DNA of 64,000 bases from Gammaproteobacteria bacterium (GTDB lineage: Bacteria; Pseudomonadota; Gammaproteobacteria; SZUA-229), in assembly GCA_029882355.1 (NCBI GenBank), contig JAOUKV010000007.1:10114-74113 (forward strand), read 5' to 3'. Shown piece after piece: positions 8,935 through 19,894 of this stretch. Numbering within the stretch: the first letter of the stretch is position 1; every line of letters starts with the position of its first letter. Both the position numbers and the translations under genes were made by a program. The notes under the pieces are model-generated. The model saw nothing but the letters and a program-made list of their open reading frames with translations. It did not search any database and had not been told where the DNA came from.

Positions 8935-11900
8935 TATTCTCTTCTCCATCAATCTCAAATCGGACACGCTGTGCAAGCTCAAGCTTACTATAGGGTTTAG
9001 CTAATCGTTTACTAGCCAAAAGTCTTAAATCTTTGCTGAGATCACTTCCTCCCCGGGTATATCCCGAGACCAGTAATATCTTAATTTTTGGATGCAGCTG
9101 CAGTGCCGCTGTCGATAATTCATAACCATCCTTACCACCGGGCATAATAATGTCACTGAACAGTAAGTCGATTTTTTCTCCACTTTCAAGAAATGTCATA
9201 GCTTGTTTGCTATTCGTGGCCTGCAATACTCGGTAACCAAGTTCGCTAAGATAAATAGTCGCCACTTCAACGAGTTGAGGTTCGTCATCAACCACTAATA
9301 TCGTTTCTGTTCCAGTTGGCAATACAACCTTCAACTTACTATCCAGCACATTTAATTCATCTTTATCAGATCTTGGCAGATATATATAAAAGGTTGTACC
9401 AGCGCCAGATTCAGAAACAACATCTACATATCCATGAGAACGACGAACGAAACCATGCACCATGCTTAAGCCCAGACCAGTTCCTTTACCTTTCTCTTTG
9501 GTAGTAAAAAAAGGATCAAACATACGTTGCTGCACATCTTTACTAATGCCAGAACCAGAATCCGATACACATAAAACAACATAATCACCCGCACTGCTAC
9601 CATGCATATATGATGCTTTATCCTCATCTACGATTTCATTGTACACGCTAATATCCAGTCTGCCGTTTTCCTGCATAGCATCTCTAGCATTAATTACCAG
9701 ATTAATCATGGCATCCTCAAGATCGCCGGCATCAATGTCGGTCAACCAGAGATCATGCTCCAACTCATAGTTCACGCCAATATTTAGCCCGGCGGTTTTG
9801 TCTATCATAGATCGCATATCTTCAAGCATTTTACTTACAGATATGGTCTTCACCTCAGCAGCATTCAGCCTTGAGAAGCTAAGCAGACGTTTGGTTAATG
9901 CGCTACCACGTTTTGCTGTCTTAATCCCACTATCAATCCATTTATTCATATCAGCATTGTCACCTGAAAAACGTCTCAAGATTTCCAGATTACCACTCAT
10001 AATGCCAAGTAAATTATTAAAGTCATGAGCGATGCCACCCGCCATTTCTCCAATCGCTTCCAGCTTTCGTGACTGACGGATAATTTCTTCATGTTTACGT
10101 TGCGCTGTAATATCACGTTTTATCGCAACAAAGTTAGTGGTTTTCCCCGACGCATCCATCACCGGAGTGATATATTCCTCTTCCAGATAAATCTCACCAT
10201 CGCTACGTTTATTATATAACTCGCCGTGCCATGTTTTTCCTAATAATATAGTTCGCCACAGCTGCTCGTAGATAGAACTATCCTGCTTACCGGACTTTAA
10301 TATATTTGGTTTTTTACCTATGACCTCTGCAAAGGCATAACCCGTCATATTTTCAAAAGCCGGGTTAACCCACTGAATGATTCCTTCATTATCTGTAATG
10401 ACAATACCATCGGCAGCAGCTTGCAGAGCTTCTGATTGTAGATACATCTGTTCTTGCGCTTCTCGATGTAGAGTAATATCTTCGTTTAAGGACAGGTAAT
10501 TTATGATCTTGCCATTCGGAGATTTTATGGGAATAATCCTTGTGGATTGCCAAATAAAATCACCATTTTTATTCCTGTTATGGAAAACACCATTCCATTG
10601 CTGCCCACTAGTAATAGTTTGCCAAAGGTGCTGATATACTTTAACGGGCGTCTCACCTCCTTGAAATATTTTTGTATTTTTTCCAATCACATCTTCCGCG
10701 CTATAGCCGGTTATTGCTGTAAATGCAGCATTTGTATATTCAATATCACCCTTGATGCTGGTGATAATCATTGAAACAGGGCTTTGCTCAACTGCCAGAG
10801 ATAGTTTTTGCAATTCAGTTTCTCGAATTTTAATTGAACGAGCCATTGAATTAAAAGAGCTTGTTAGAAAAGCTAACTCATCATTACTTGATGGCACAGA
10901 AATTTCTTCATAACGGCCTCTACTCAGAGCTTCTATTCCCGCTACCAAACGACTCACAGGATGTAAAATTGTACGTCTTAAAAAATAAACGCCCAATGGA
11001 AATAACAAAAAAACATTGACCAACAGCACCACAATCATTGCTTTTTGTAGAATAGTAAATTCAGGGTACAACCTGGGTAACTCAAAGATAAACTTTAGAC
11101 TTTTTCCGTTACTCACTGGGTAATTTGCAATGCCATAAATATAATCTGGCTGTTCGACAAAATGCCAGCCCTGTAAATTTCCTGCAGCTAAATCTTTAGA
11201 GGATAATGCATCAATTCTTTTACCAATCTGAGCTTGATCCCCAGTAGAAATCCAGTTGCCATCATCAAAGGACAGATAAAAATCCAACTTTGCATACCTA
11301 CTAATACCTTCAACAAATGATCGCCCCAGTTCTCCTATCGTAATCAGGCCTACCCTCTCTTTAGATTTGTCATGAAGAGGTATTAAAACAGGTGAATGAA
11401 AACCCACAGTAAACCTGTCACCATGAGCATGAATATGGACATTGTTTTGATCGTTCTCATGTTCTTCAAAATTCATTGCTTTTTCTTTTACCGGCTCAAG
11501 CCAGAAAGGTAACTTATCTACTGGCTGATAATTTTTCAGTGTAATGTCTGAAATAAAATACTGGGGTATTCCTTTGTCATATGAAATATAGCCAATATGA
11601 CTTTGATATTTCTCATCAACAAAAGCAAAACTCGCTAGACGCATATATCCGTCATAGGCTGCGATAACACTTACATTCTCTGCTTTTAGCAACTTAACCA
11701 ACTCACCAGCCAAACTTTTCTTTTCAGAATCAAAAACAATTGACTGATAATCCTTTGGATTCTGATAGTGAGAGATCATACTCAACGAAGAAACAACATC
11801 CTCACGCATGGAAAATGAGCGCACATTTCTAAGTAGATTTTTACGATTATCGATATAAACACTTAAATCATCAAAAGCCTCATCAATTTGTTTATGAGCG

Positions 11901-12019
11901 GAATCTCGATTAATCTCATTATTGAGAAACAAAAAGACTGATCCCAAAATTAACAAAGAGAGAATTATTGAACTAAGCCAAAAAAACAATAATTTATGAT
12001 CAAGTTTAAATGTAATCAT
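8927..12019 (-). CDS. Hybrid sensor histidine kinase (periplasmic sensor - TM - HAMP - 2x PAS/PAC - HisKA - HATPase - REC)
   Basis: 1030 aa. It has an N-terminal TM segment, a periplasmic region of about 290 aa, a second TM (MIVVLLVNVFLLFPLGVYFL), PAS/PAC repeats, H-box [12 protein letters not shown], HATPase motifs DSGSGIS and GTGLGLSMV, and a C-terminal receiver (ILVVDDEPQLV...DIIMPGG). Confidence 0.9.
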   Translation of the reverse strand: MITFKLDHKLLFFWLSSIILSLLILGSVFLFLNNEINRDSAHKQIDEAFDDLSVYIDNRKNLLRNVRSFSMREDVVSSLSMISHYQNPKDYQSIVFDSEKKSLAGELVKLLKAENVSVIAAYDGYMRLASFAFVDEKYQSHIGYISYDKGIPQYFISDITLKNYQPVDKLPFWLEPVKEKAMNFEEHENDQNNVHIHAHGDRFTVGFHSPVLIPLHDKSKERVGLITIGELGRSFVEGISRYAKLDFYLSFDDGNWISTGDQAQIGKRIDALSSKDLAAGNLQGWHFVEQPDYIYGIANYPVSNGKSLKFIFELPRLYPEFTILQKAMIVVLLVNVFLLFPLGVYFLRRTILHPVSRLVAGIEALSRGRYEEISVPSSNDELAFLTSSFNSMARSIKIRETELQKLSLAVEQSPVSMIITSIKGDIEYTNAAFTAITGYSAEDVIGKNTKIFQGGETPVKVYQHLWQTITSGQQWNGVFHNRNKNGDFIWQSTRIIPIKSPNGKIINYLSLNEDITLHREAQEQMYLQSEALQAAADGIVITDNEGIIQWVNPAFENMTGYAFAEVIGKKPNILKSGKQDSSIYEQLWRTILLGKTWHGELYNKRSDGEIYLEEEYITPVMDASGKTTNFVAIKRDITAQRKHEEIIRQSRKLEAIGEMAGGIAHDFNNLLGIMSGNLEILRRFSGDNADMNKWIDSGIKTAKRGSALTKRLLSFSRLNAAEVKTISVSKMLEDMRSMIDKTAGLNIGVNYELEHDLWLTDIDAGDLEDAMINLVINARDAMQENGRLDISVYNEIVDEDKASYMHGSSAGDYVVLCVSDSGSGISKDVQQRMFDPFFTTKEKGKGTGLGLSMVHGFVRRSHGYVDVVSESGAGTTFYIYLPRSDKDELNVLDSKLKVVLPTGTETILVVDDEPQLVEVATIYLSELGYRVLQATNSKQAMTFLESGEKIDLLFSDIIMPGGKDGYELSTAALQLHPKIKILLVSGYTRGGSDLSKDLRLLASKRLAKPYSKLELAQRVRFEIDGEENNE

Positions 12020-12105
12020 GTATAAGAATTCACTCTAAAATATTAGATTCGTCTGATTAATATTGTTATTCAACATACGTCTTTCATAATGATTTATTTA
12101 GTACT

Positions 12106-13278
12106 TCAATCAGCCTGCGTATCTATCACAGGAAACAATAGAACAAAACAACTACCTTTTCCTACTTCTGTCTCAACAGTAATATGCCCTCTATGGTCAT
12201 GCATAATCCCATGCACCATGGCCAGCCCCATTCCTGTTCCCTTATCTGTACCTAATTCTTTGGTCGTGTAGAACGGATCAAAAATACGTTCTGAAAATTC
12301 TGATTTTATGCCACATCCAGTATCACAAACTGAAATCCGTATATAGTCACCCTCAAATTTTTCATGGCACGAGGAACATCCGTTTACAATATTTTTAGCA
12401 TACTGCAGGCCAATAGTAATACTCCCCTTTCCCTGCATAGCATCTAGTGCATTTAGGCATAGCTCTATTATCAGTTGATGTACTTGTTCTGGACGCGACA
12501 TGATTGCCAGATCAACATCTTCCAGTTTCAGCTTAAGCTCAATACTCGACGAAATATCAGATGTGATCATTGTTAATGATTCTTTAATCAACGGTGCTAG
12601 CATGCAAACTTCCAACTCCCCCACGCGACCATGCCCTTGTGTGAATGTCAGCATTTTTGCTACAAGGTCGCGCACACGCTCACTCGATGAATATATTTGC
12701 TCAACATAATGCTGCATTTTACTGTCACCAACGACTTCAACTTTATCTTTTAGCAGTTCCGTATAACCCATAATAGTGCCTAGAAGATTATTAAAATCAT
12801 GAGCAATACCACCGGTTAACTGCCCGATCGCTTCCATCTTATGTGCTTGCTTTAATTGTTTTTGTAACTCGGCCTTTTTCGCCTCAGCTTCAATTCGTTC
12901 AGCCTGCAAATCCAGCATTCGTCTACCAACTTTCAGCCTCGCTTGCAATTCAGCATTTTCGAAGGGTTTAACAATATAATCGTTAGCACCTGCTTCAAGT
13001 CCTTCAACAATATCACTCGACTTATTACGCGTGGTTAACAGGACAATATAAGGCGGGTCTTCAGTATTCTGCTGACGGATACGTTCGCATAATGCCTTGC
13101 CATCCAGTTTTGGCATCTCCCAGTCAAGTAACAACAACCGAGGACTTTCATCTCCCTGCAAAATATCCCAGGCAACTATACCATCTTCAGCTAGCACAGG
13201 CTGATAGCCCCACTTAACTGTTACACCTGACAGAATGGAACGAGATGTAACATCATCCTCAGCGATCAGCAACTTCAT
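12106..13278 (-). CDS. REC-histidine kinase fusion (receiver + HisKA + HATPase)
   Basis: [16 protein letters not shown]...DWEMPKLDG receiver, a coiled-coil linker, H-box [15 protein letters not shown] and HATPase motifs DTGCGI and [15 protein letters not shown] overlap with the upstream kinase. Confidence 0.88.
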   Translation of the reverse strand: MKLLIAEDDVTSRSILSGVTVKWGYQPVLAEDGIVAWDILQGDESPRLLLLDWEMPKLDGKALCERIRQQNTEDPPYIVLLTTRNKSSDIVEGLEAGANDYIVKPFENAELQARLKVGRRMLDLQAERIEAEAKKAELQKQLKQAHKMEAIGQLTGGIAHDFNNLLGTIMGYTELLKDKVEVVGDSKMQHYVEQIYSSSERVRDLVAKMLTFTQGHGRVGELEVCMLAPLIKESLTMITSDISSSIELKLKLEDVDLAIMSRPEQVHQLIIELCLNALDAMQGKGSITIGLQYAKNIVNGCSSCHEKFEGDYIRISVCDTGCGIKSEFSERIFDPFYTTKELGTDKGTGMGLAMVHGIMHDHRGHITVETEVGKGSCFVLLFPVIDTQAD

Positions 13279-16200
13279 AAGATTTTCTCCATCTCAACCT
13301 TTAGCTCTTCAAATTCCTGCCCAAGTTTGTGTATACACTGTTGAATAGTATCTATATCTGCTTTTTTTCCAGCCAGTTCTATTTTGAGTGCAATGGAACT
13401 CAATGCCATACCGCCTACATTTGCAGAGGCGCCCTTGATCCTATGAGCCATTCCTGCAATTTCTTTGGCATCCCCAATTTTCACCAATGATCTAAGCTGA
13501 TCGATCTGTATAGGCATATCTTGCAAGAAAACTTCTGCCACTGTGGTAATGAGATCCTGATCGCCCATCAATCTTTCACTCATTGCCACCCGATCAAACA
13601 CTAGCTTTTTAATTATTTCATCGTTGTTATCACCATCAGGCTTTATCATGGATGCTTGTTGGGATAACCTTATTTTATTATCACCTGGAGCTGATTGTTT
13701 ACGGAGTTCCTCAGGCAACCAGTGCTCAAGCACCTGCTGAACCTTCAAAACGTCTATTGGTTTAGAAATATAATCATCCATGCCAACTTCAATGCAATGT
13801 TCACGATCACCTTGCATAGCATTAGCAGTCATAGCGATAATAGGAATTTTATGGTCTTTAACATTGGTCGCCGGGTCACGAATCTGACGTGTAGCATCAA
13901 AGCCATCAAGTACTGGCATCTGACAGTCCATGAAAACAAGATCATAGGGCAACTGCTGAAGTGCACTGATCGCTTCAGCACCATTGGCAGCAAAATCAAT
14001 ACGTACACCAAACTTTTCTAACAGGCCTTTTGCGACCTTCTGGTTAACCATGTTATCTTCCACTACCAAGACACGTGCATTAAACGTTTTTACCATTATA
14101 TTTTTTTTATGAATAGTAAATTGGTCATCCGGATTACTGTCATCATCGACAGCTAGCATTAAATTATAAAGTTCCGACTGATTGACAGGTTTGCTGATAT
14201 AACCGCAAAAGCTAACCTCCAGGATTTTTTGAGCTGCACCAATCTGCCCCTGATTACCAAGTAACACCAGGCGAGTTGCTGACAGTTGCTTATCGTTAGC
14301 GATTTGCCTAGCCAGTAGCATACTATCTATATCTGAGATATGCATATCAACTAGTACAAAAGTGTAAGGCTTATTCTGCAAGACAGCATCCTGCATTATC
14401 TGAAGTATCTCAGATCCATTTTCGACCAGAGTATTTTCTATCTGCCATGAATCAAAAATTTCACCAAACAATTTTAGGCTAGCGATGCTGTCATCAACAA
14501 CCAATATTCTATCAACATGAAGCTTGTTTTTTGAGAGTAATGGTCTTTGCTGCTCTGAAACTAGCAACGGTAGTACAAACCAGAAAGTACTTCCTATGCC
14601 TGGTTTACTTTCTATACCGATTTCACCGTTCATAAGATCGACTAATTGCTTACAAATAGAAAGCCCGAGTCCAGTACCACCGTACTTGCGTGTTGTTGAT
14701 CCATCTGCCTGGCTAAAACGTTCAAACAAATTCTGTTGCTGCTCATTAGTAAGACCTATACCGGTATCGCTCACTGAAAAACACAGTAATACACCTTTCT
14801 CTGGATCATCTATACGCTCACAGGTAACTTTAACTTCTCCCTGTTCAGTAAATTTAATGGCATTAGCAACCAAATTAGTCAAAATCTGACGAATACGTCC
14901 AGGGTCACCTCGATAATTACATTGCTGAATAAAGTTAGCAGGACAAAGCAGTTCAAGCCCTTTATCCTCGGAACTGAATGTCATAGTGCGGGCAAAATCC
15001 TCCATCAATTCTACTATGTCAAAGTCCAAAAGTTCCAGCATGAGTTTGCCATCCTCAATCTTAGAAAAATCCAGAATATCATTAACTATAGAGAGTAGTG
15101 ACTCAGCACTATTTTTAATAGTCAAAGCACGCACATGCTGTGCCTGACTCAAATCATTTTCAAGCATAAGACCACTCATACCAATAACACCATTCATTGG
15201 TGTACGTATTTCATGACTCATATTCGCAAGAAAATCACTCTTGGATTGGTTAGCACACTTAGCCAGGTCTAGTGCATCAGCCAGTTCCAGTGTCCGTTGC
15301 TCAACAGCGATCTCTAGCTCATCACTATGTTGGTGAAGCGCCATATTTTTAAAATTGATTGATTGTAAAAGGGCATTAAAACGCTTCGCGAGGAGTCCAA
15401 TCTCTCCTTTATCTTCAATCTTAATTTCCCTAATAAAATCTATGTTTTCAAATTCATCCGTATTCTTCATCAAAACCTTAAGAGGAATAAGCAAGCGCTC
15501 AGCAAAAACCCAGCCTATAACTGTGATTAATAGAAAACTGACCCCACCAATAACAAAAAATCGCTCAACCAGATTATCTTTAATTAAATCCAGTTTACTT
15601 TTTGGATAACTAAGTAAAATTGAGCCTTCCATGCTCGGGTCTATAAATTGTAATTTGCGTGCAGAAACAAAGTGATTAACACCATTGAGTTGCATCATGG
15701 CCATGACATGGCTAATAGCTTCTTCTTCAGACAATAACGATTTATACGAGATATAATTCATCGGAATATCAATCATACGATTTTCACTCGTATTAAAAGT
15801 CGAGGCCATCACTCCTCGCCGACGAACAATAGTAATGTCCGTTAGGGTGTCTTTTTTCATGCCCGCAATTAGAGCATCATTGACAACATAACCAACAAGA
15901 ATAACACCAAGAATTTTTCCACTTTCATTTTCGTAATATATTGATGGTGCATATATAATAAGGCTATTTAAATCCTGAACTATGGAGAATTTAGTTTCAT
16001 TCTGCTGCAGTGCTGTACGCACGACTTTCCATGACATTAAAGAAGCACCGAGTAACTCTTGAGTCTCCGAGTGTGCAATGATGCGCCCCTCAGCATTCAT
16101 GAGGACAACAACATCAGCAGCCGACGCTTCTTTAAAGTATGCCATGGTGGCAGATTTTTCCTCTGAGCCATGTGATGAAAACATACCAGGCAGATGCTTA

Positions 16201-16433
16201 TCGTTAGCAAAATGCCGAGCCCAGTTCTCCGATACCTGACCTACAAGAGAAAGGAAATTTTCAGCCATGGCTTCTGTAGTGTGAAAACTTTCATGCATAG
16301 CAAGGTAAAAATCATCTTCTGCTAACCTGAGCACCATAATCCCGGAAACAACTTCAACAGCTAACACAACCACGACAAACAGGGATATAACCTTGAAACG
16401 TAATCTATGATAAAAAGGAATTTTAACATTCAT
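13275..16433 (-). CDS. Unorthodox hybrid sensor kinase (periplasmic Cache-like sensor - TM - HAMP - HisKA - HATPase - REC - REC - Hpt)
   Basis: 1052 aa with two TM segments flanking a periplasmic domain of about 250 aa. H-box [15 protein letters not shown], HATPase motifs DTGIGL and [11 protein letters not shown], two receivers ([11 protein letters not shown]...; [12 protein letters not shown]...DCQMPVLDG) and a C-terminal Hpt ([13 protein letters not shown]). Confidence 0.9.
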   Translation of the reverse strand: MNVKIPFYHRLRFKVISLFVVVVLAVEVVSGIMVLRLAEDDFYLAMHESFHTTEAMAENFLSLVGQVSENWARHFANDKHLPGMFSSHGSEEKSATMAYFKEASAADVVVLMNAEGRIIAHSETQELLGASLMSWKVVRTALQQNETKFSIVQDLNSLIIYAPSIYYENESGKILGVILVGYVVNDALIAGMKKDTLTDITIVRRRGVMASTFNTSENRMIDIPMNYISYKSLLSEEEAISHVMAMMQLNGVNHFVSARKLQFIDPSMEGSILLSYPKSKLDLIKDNLVERFFVIGGVSFLLITVIGWVFAERLLIPLKVLMKNTDEFENIDFIREIKIEDKGEIGLLAKRFNALLQSINFKNMALHQHSDELEIAVEQRTLELADALDLAKCANQSKSDFLANMSHEIRTPMNGVIGMSGLMLENDLSQAQHVRALTIKNSAESLLSIVNDILDFSKIEDGKLMLELLDFDIVELMEDFARTMTFSSEDKGLELLCPANFIQQCNYRGDPGRIRQILTNLVANAIKFTEQGEVKVTCERIDDPEKGVLLCFSVSDTGIGLTNEQQQNLFERFSQADGSTTRKYGGTGLGLSICKQLVDLMNGEIGIESKPGIGSTFWFVLPLLVSEQQRPLLSKNKLHVDRILVVDDSIASLKLFGEIFDSWQIENTLVENGSEILQIMQDAVLQNKPYTFVLVDMHISDIDSMLLARQIANDKQLSATRLVLLGNQGQIGAAQKILEVSFCGYISKPVNQSELYNLMLAVDDDSNPDDQFTIHKKNIMVKTFNARVLVVEDNMVNQKVAKGLLEKFGVRIDFAANGAEAISALQQLPYDLVFMDCQMPVLDGFDATRQIRDPATNVKDHKIPIIAMTANAMQGDREHCIEVGMDDYISKPIDVLKVQQVLEHWLPEELRKQSAPGDNKIRLSQQASMIKPDGDNNDEIIKKLVFDRVAMSERLMGDQDLITTVAEVFLQDMPIQIDQLRSLVKIGDAKEIAGMAHRIKGASANVGGMALSSIALKIELAGKKADIDTIQQCIHKLGQEFEELKVEMEKIL

Positions 16434-16445
16434 GTTTACTGGGTC

Positions 16446-17819
16446 TTATTTTAAGTTTTTTTCAGGGTAATGTTGTCGATAAGCATCGATCATCCATTTC
16501 ACTGACTTATCATCATGGCAACCACTATTCTGACAAGAGCTGGGCATATCATTTTTCTGTGCGACTTCTGGTGTGATGATTTTAAAAGCATGGTTACGGA
16601 TACTTAAAAATCCACCAGTCGTAACAATGCGTGGCATATGGCAATCCGCACAGGTCACGGTCGCTGTGGGACAGGGGTAATGAGGCACACCAGTTTTCGC
16701 CACATTATGCGACATACTATCAATATGGCAGCCACCGCATTGTGTAACGCCATCGCCAGAATGAGGCAACGCTTTATCACGCCCATGTGGTTCATGGCAT
16801 GCAACACAGGTCACACCAAATTTGGCGGTTTCTAGAGTAGGCTTTTTGTCTTTATCTGCGTGGCGATAGTCAGTAGAGTGGCAATATAGACACTCGTCGG
16901 TCAACTCGCCTCTATCACCACCTTTTTCATGTTCTTCCTTAAGTTTTTTTACTGCATTAGCATGCTTAGATTTAGACCAGTCACCAAATTCCTGATGGCG
17001 GTTCTTAGCGATACCATTACCCCAAAAAAACTTACCTTTTACGTCCTGTTTAGGAGTCATAGGTGAGATTGCAGATGTCAGATCCTCACCAGGTTTGTAA
17101 TTGACAGGGAAATTAAATATAGCACCGTGTACACCATCTTTAGGCGTGTTCTGTCCACGATTATGGCACTGACCACAAACGGTGGCAGAAACGCTACGAA
17201 CAATATCTTTTTTATTTGACAAATCAGCCGATTCATTTACATGGCAAAGTATACAAGGAGATGAAGTTATCTTTCGCTTATTTTGCACATGTACACTTCC
17301 AGGGCCATGACAGGCTTCACAACCAATACCAAATTCGGCAAATTTCAGCGTTGCTGGATCAAAGCCTGTGGTGTGACAACCATTACATTTCTTTGACATG
17401 GGCGTTTGCTTCCAGTCATTGACTTTATAGGCTTCCCATTTCTTCAACATAACGTGCCATTTTGCGGGCAGAGGATAATATTCACCATCAATCATGCGAG
17501 CATAAACCTGCTCCCACTTGCTACCGAGAACATATTCAACGTCTTCTTTTTTAAAGGTCAGCGCGGGGTCAGTAGAATTGAAATCGCCTAAGATACGTTC
17601 TCCCGTTGTTACCGGGAGAAACATGTATGGATGTAGGGTATTTGACTTCCATGAATCATAATTTGACGCATGACAATCACGACATTCCTCAGAGGTTATA
17701 TAAAGATTTTGATCGGAAACGCCATTATGAAGATAAATCACAGAACCGATTGCGATTACTACAAAAATTGCAATAAGACTAAATAGTTTTTTCATTAGAT
17801 TCTCAAAAAAATACGGCAT
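16446..17819 (-). CDS. Membrane-anchored multihaem cytochrome c (9 CXXCH + 1 CX4CH)
   Basis: 457 aa with N-terminal TM/signal anchor KKLFSLIAIFVVIAIGSVIYL. Haem sites are CRDCH, CNGCH, CEACH, CILCH, CGQCH, CLYCH, CVACH, CGGCH and CADCH, plus CQNSGCH. It sits 12 nt upstream of the 1052 aa kinase on the same strand. Confidence 0.85.
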   Translation of the reverse strand: MPYFFENLMKKLFSLIAIFVVIAIGSVIYLHNGVSDQNLYITSEECRDCHASNYDSWKSNTLHPYMFLPVTTGERILGDFNSTDPALTFKKEDVEYVLGSKWEQVYARMIDGEYYPLPAKWHVMLKKWEAYKVNDWKQTPMSKKCNGCHTTGFDPATLKFAEFGIGCEACHGPGSVHVQNKRKITSSPCILCHVNESADLSNKKDIVRSVSATVCGQCHNRGQNTPKDGVHGAIFNFPVNYKPGEDLTSAISPMTPKQDVKGKFFWGNGIAKNRHQEFGDWSKSKHANAVKKLKEEHEKGGDRGELTDECLYCHSTDYRHADKDKKPTLETAKFGVTCVACHEPHGRDKALPHSGDGVTQCGGCHIDSMSHNVAKTGVPHYPCPTATVTCADCHMPRIVTTGGFLSIRNHAFKIITPEVAQKNDMPSSCQNSGCHDDKSVKWMIDAYRQHYPEKNLK

Positions 17820-17920
17820 ACTACGGCCGACTATAATAGATTTTTTTAAGCGTTCACATAGGTAATATTCCTAATAAAACTTTCCTGGAAGAAAACTAAT
17901 TGACAGAGATCATTAGGCCA

Positions 17921-19225
<1,305 letters not shown>

Positions 19226-19519
19226 CTAAGAGGATTCTGCTGAAAAAGTAATAATACGACAAGATGAAGTTAAATCAGACAAGGACTCAAGTGCTGCACG
19301 CACATGATCATCCTCATCAAAAAACTCAACAACGACTGGCATATCAAAAGACATATCTAACAAACTACTAGAATGCATTTCGCCTGATTCACCAAAACCC
19401 GCAATACCACGAAACATAGTCACGCCTTTTACTTTGTGTTCATCGTGCAGGCGCTCGAATATCTTTTCGTGTACATGCTGTCCTTCTGTGACATAAATTC
19501 GTGCAACCGTTACATTCAT
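19226..19519 (-). CDS. DUF190 (PII-like) protein associated with crcB
   Basis: Start moved to MNVTVARIYVTEG (19519), giving a 4-nt overlap with crcB. The 157 aa track ORF runs antisense into crcB. DUF190 is frequently linked to crcB. Confidence 0.7.
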   Translation of the reverse strand: MNVTVARIYVTEGQHVHEKIFERLHDEHKVKGVTMFRGIAGFGESGEMHSSSLLDMSFDMPVVVEFFDEDDHVRAALESLSDLTSSCRIITFSAESS

Positions 19520-19890
19520 AATTGTCTTCCTATACCCACGCCCAGCCAAACAGCAGCGAGGCATACAATAATACTGGAAGCGATATTCACCATGGCTCTC
19601 ATCATATCGCCCTGCTCTAACAGGCTGAGCGTTTCTAATGAGAAGGTAGAAAAAGTCGTAAACGAGCCCAGCAAGCCAACGAGAATTGCGGCACGCCATT
19701 CCGGGCCTACACTAAAACGTTCTAACAAAATAATACTGAGCACGCCCATTAACAGCGAGCCAGTAACATTGACAAACAATGTACCGTAGGGGAAACCTCG
19801 CCCGAACAGGCTATACGCGCCCAATGATGCACCGTAACGCATGACTGCACCAATAGCACCACCGCCAGCGATAAATAGAATCATTTTCAT
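19516..19890 (-). CDS. crcB: Fluoride ion channel CrcB/FluC
   Basis: 124 aa with four TM helices; MKMILFIAGGGAIGAVMRYG and GTLFVNVTGS are typical of CrcB. Confidence 0.9.
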   Translation of the reverse strand: MKMILFIAGGGAIGAVMRYGASLGAYSLFGRGFPYGTLFVNVTGSLLMGVLSIILLERFSVGPEWRAAILVGLLGSFTTFSTFSLETLSLLEQGDMMRAMVNIASSIIVCLAAVWLGVGIGRQL

Positions 19891-19894
19891 GCGT

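Noticed and set aside
8927-16433. Possibility that the 1030 aa and 1052 aa kinases are a recent tandem duplication or repeat
   Set aside because: The domain architectures differ (PAS-PAC x2 with one REC versus Cache-like sensor with REC-REC-Hpt), and only the short H-box region is similar. They were treated as distinct genes.
19226-19699. 157 aa version of the DUF190 ORF
   Set aside because: The N-terminal 60 codons run antisense through crcB with no conserved sequence. The internal start MNVTVARIYV gives the usual 4-nt overlap with crcB.
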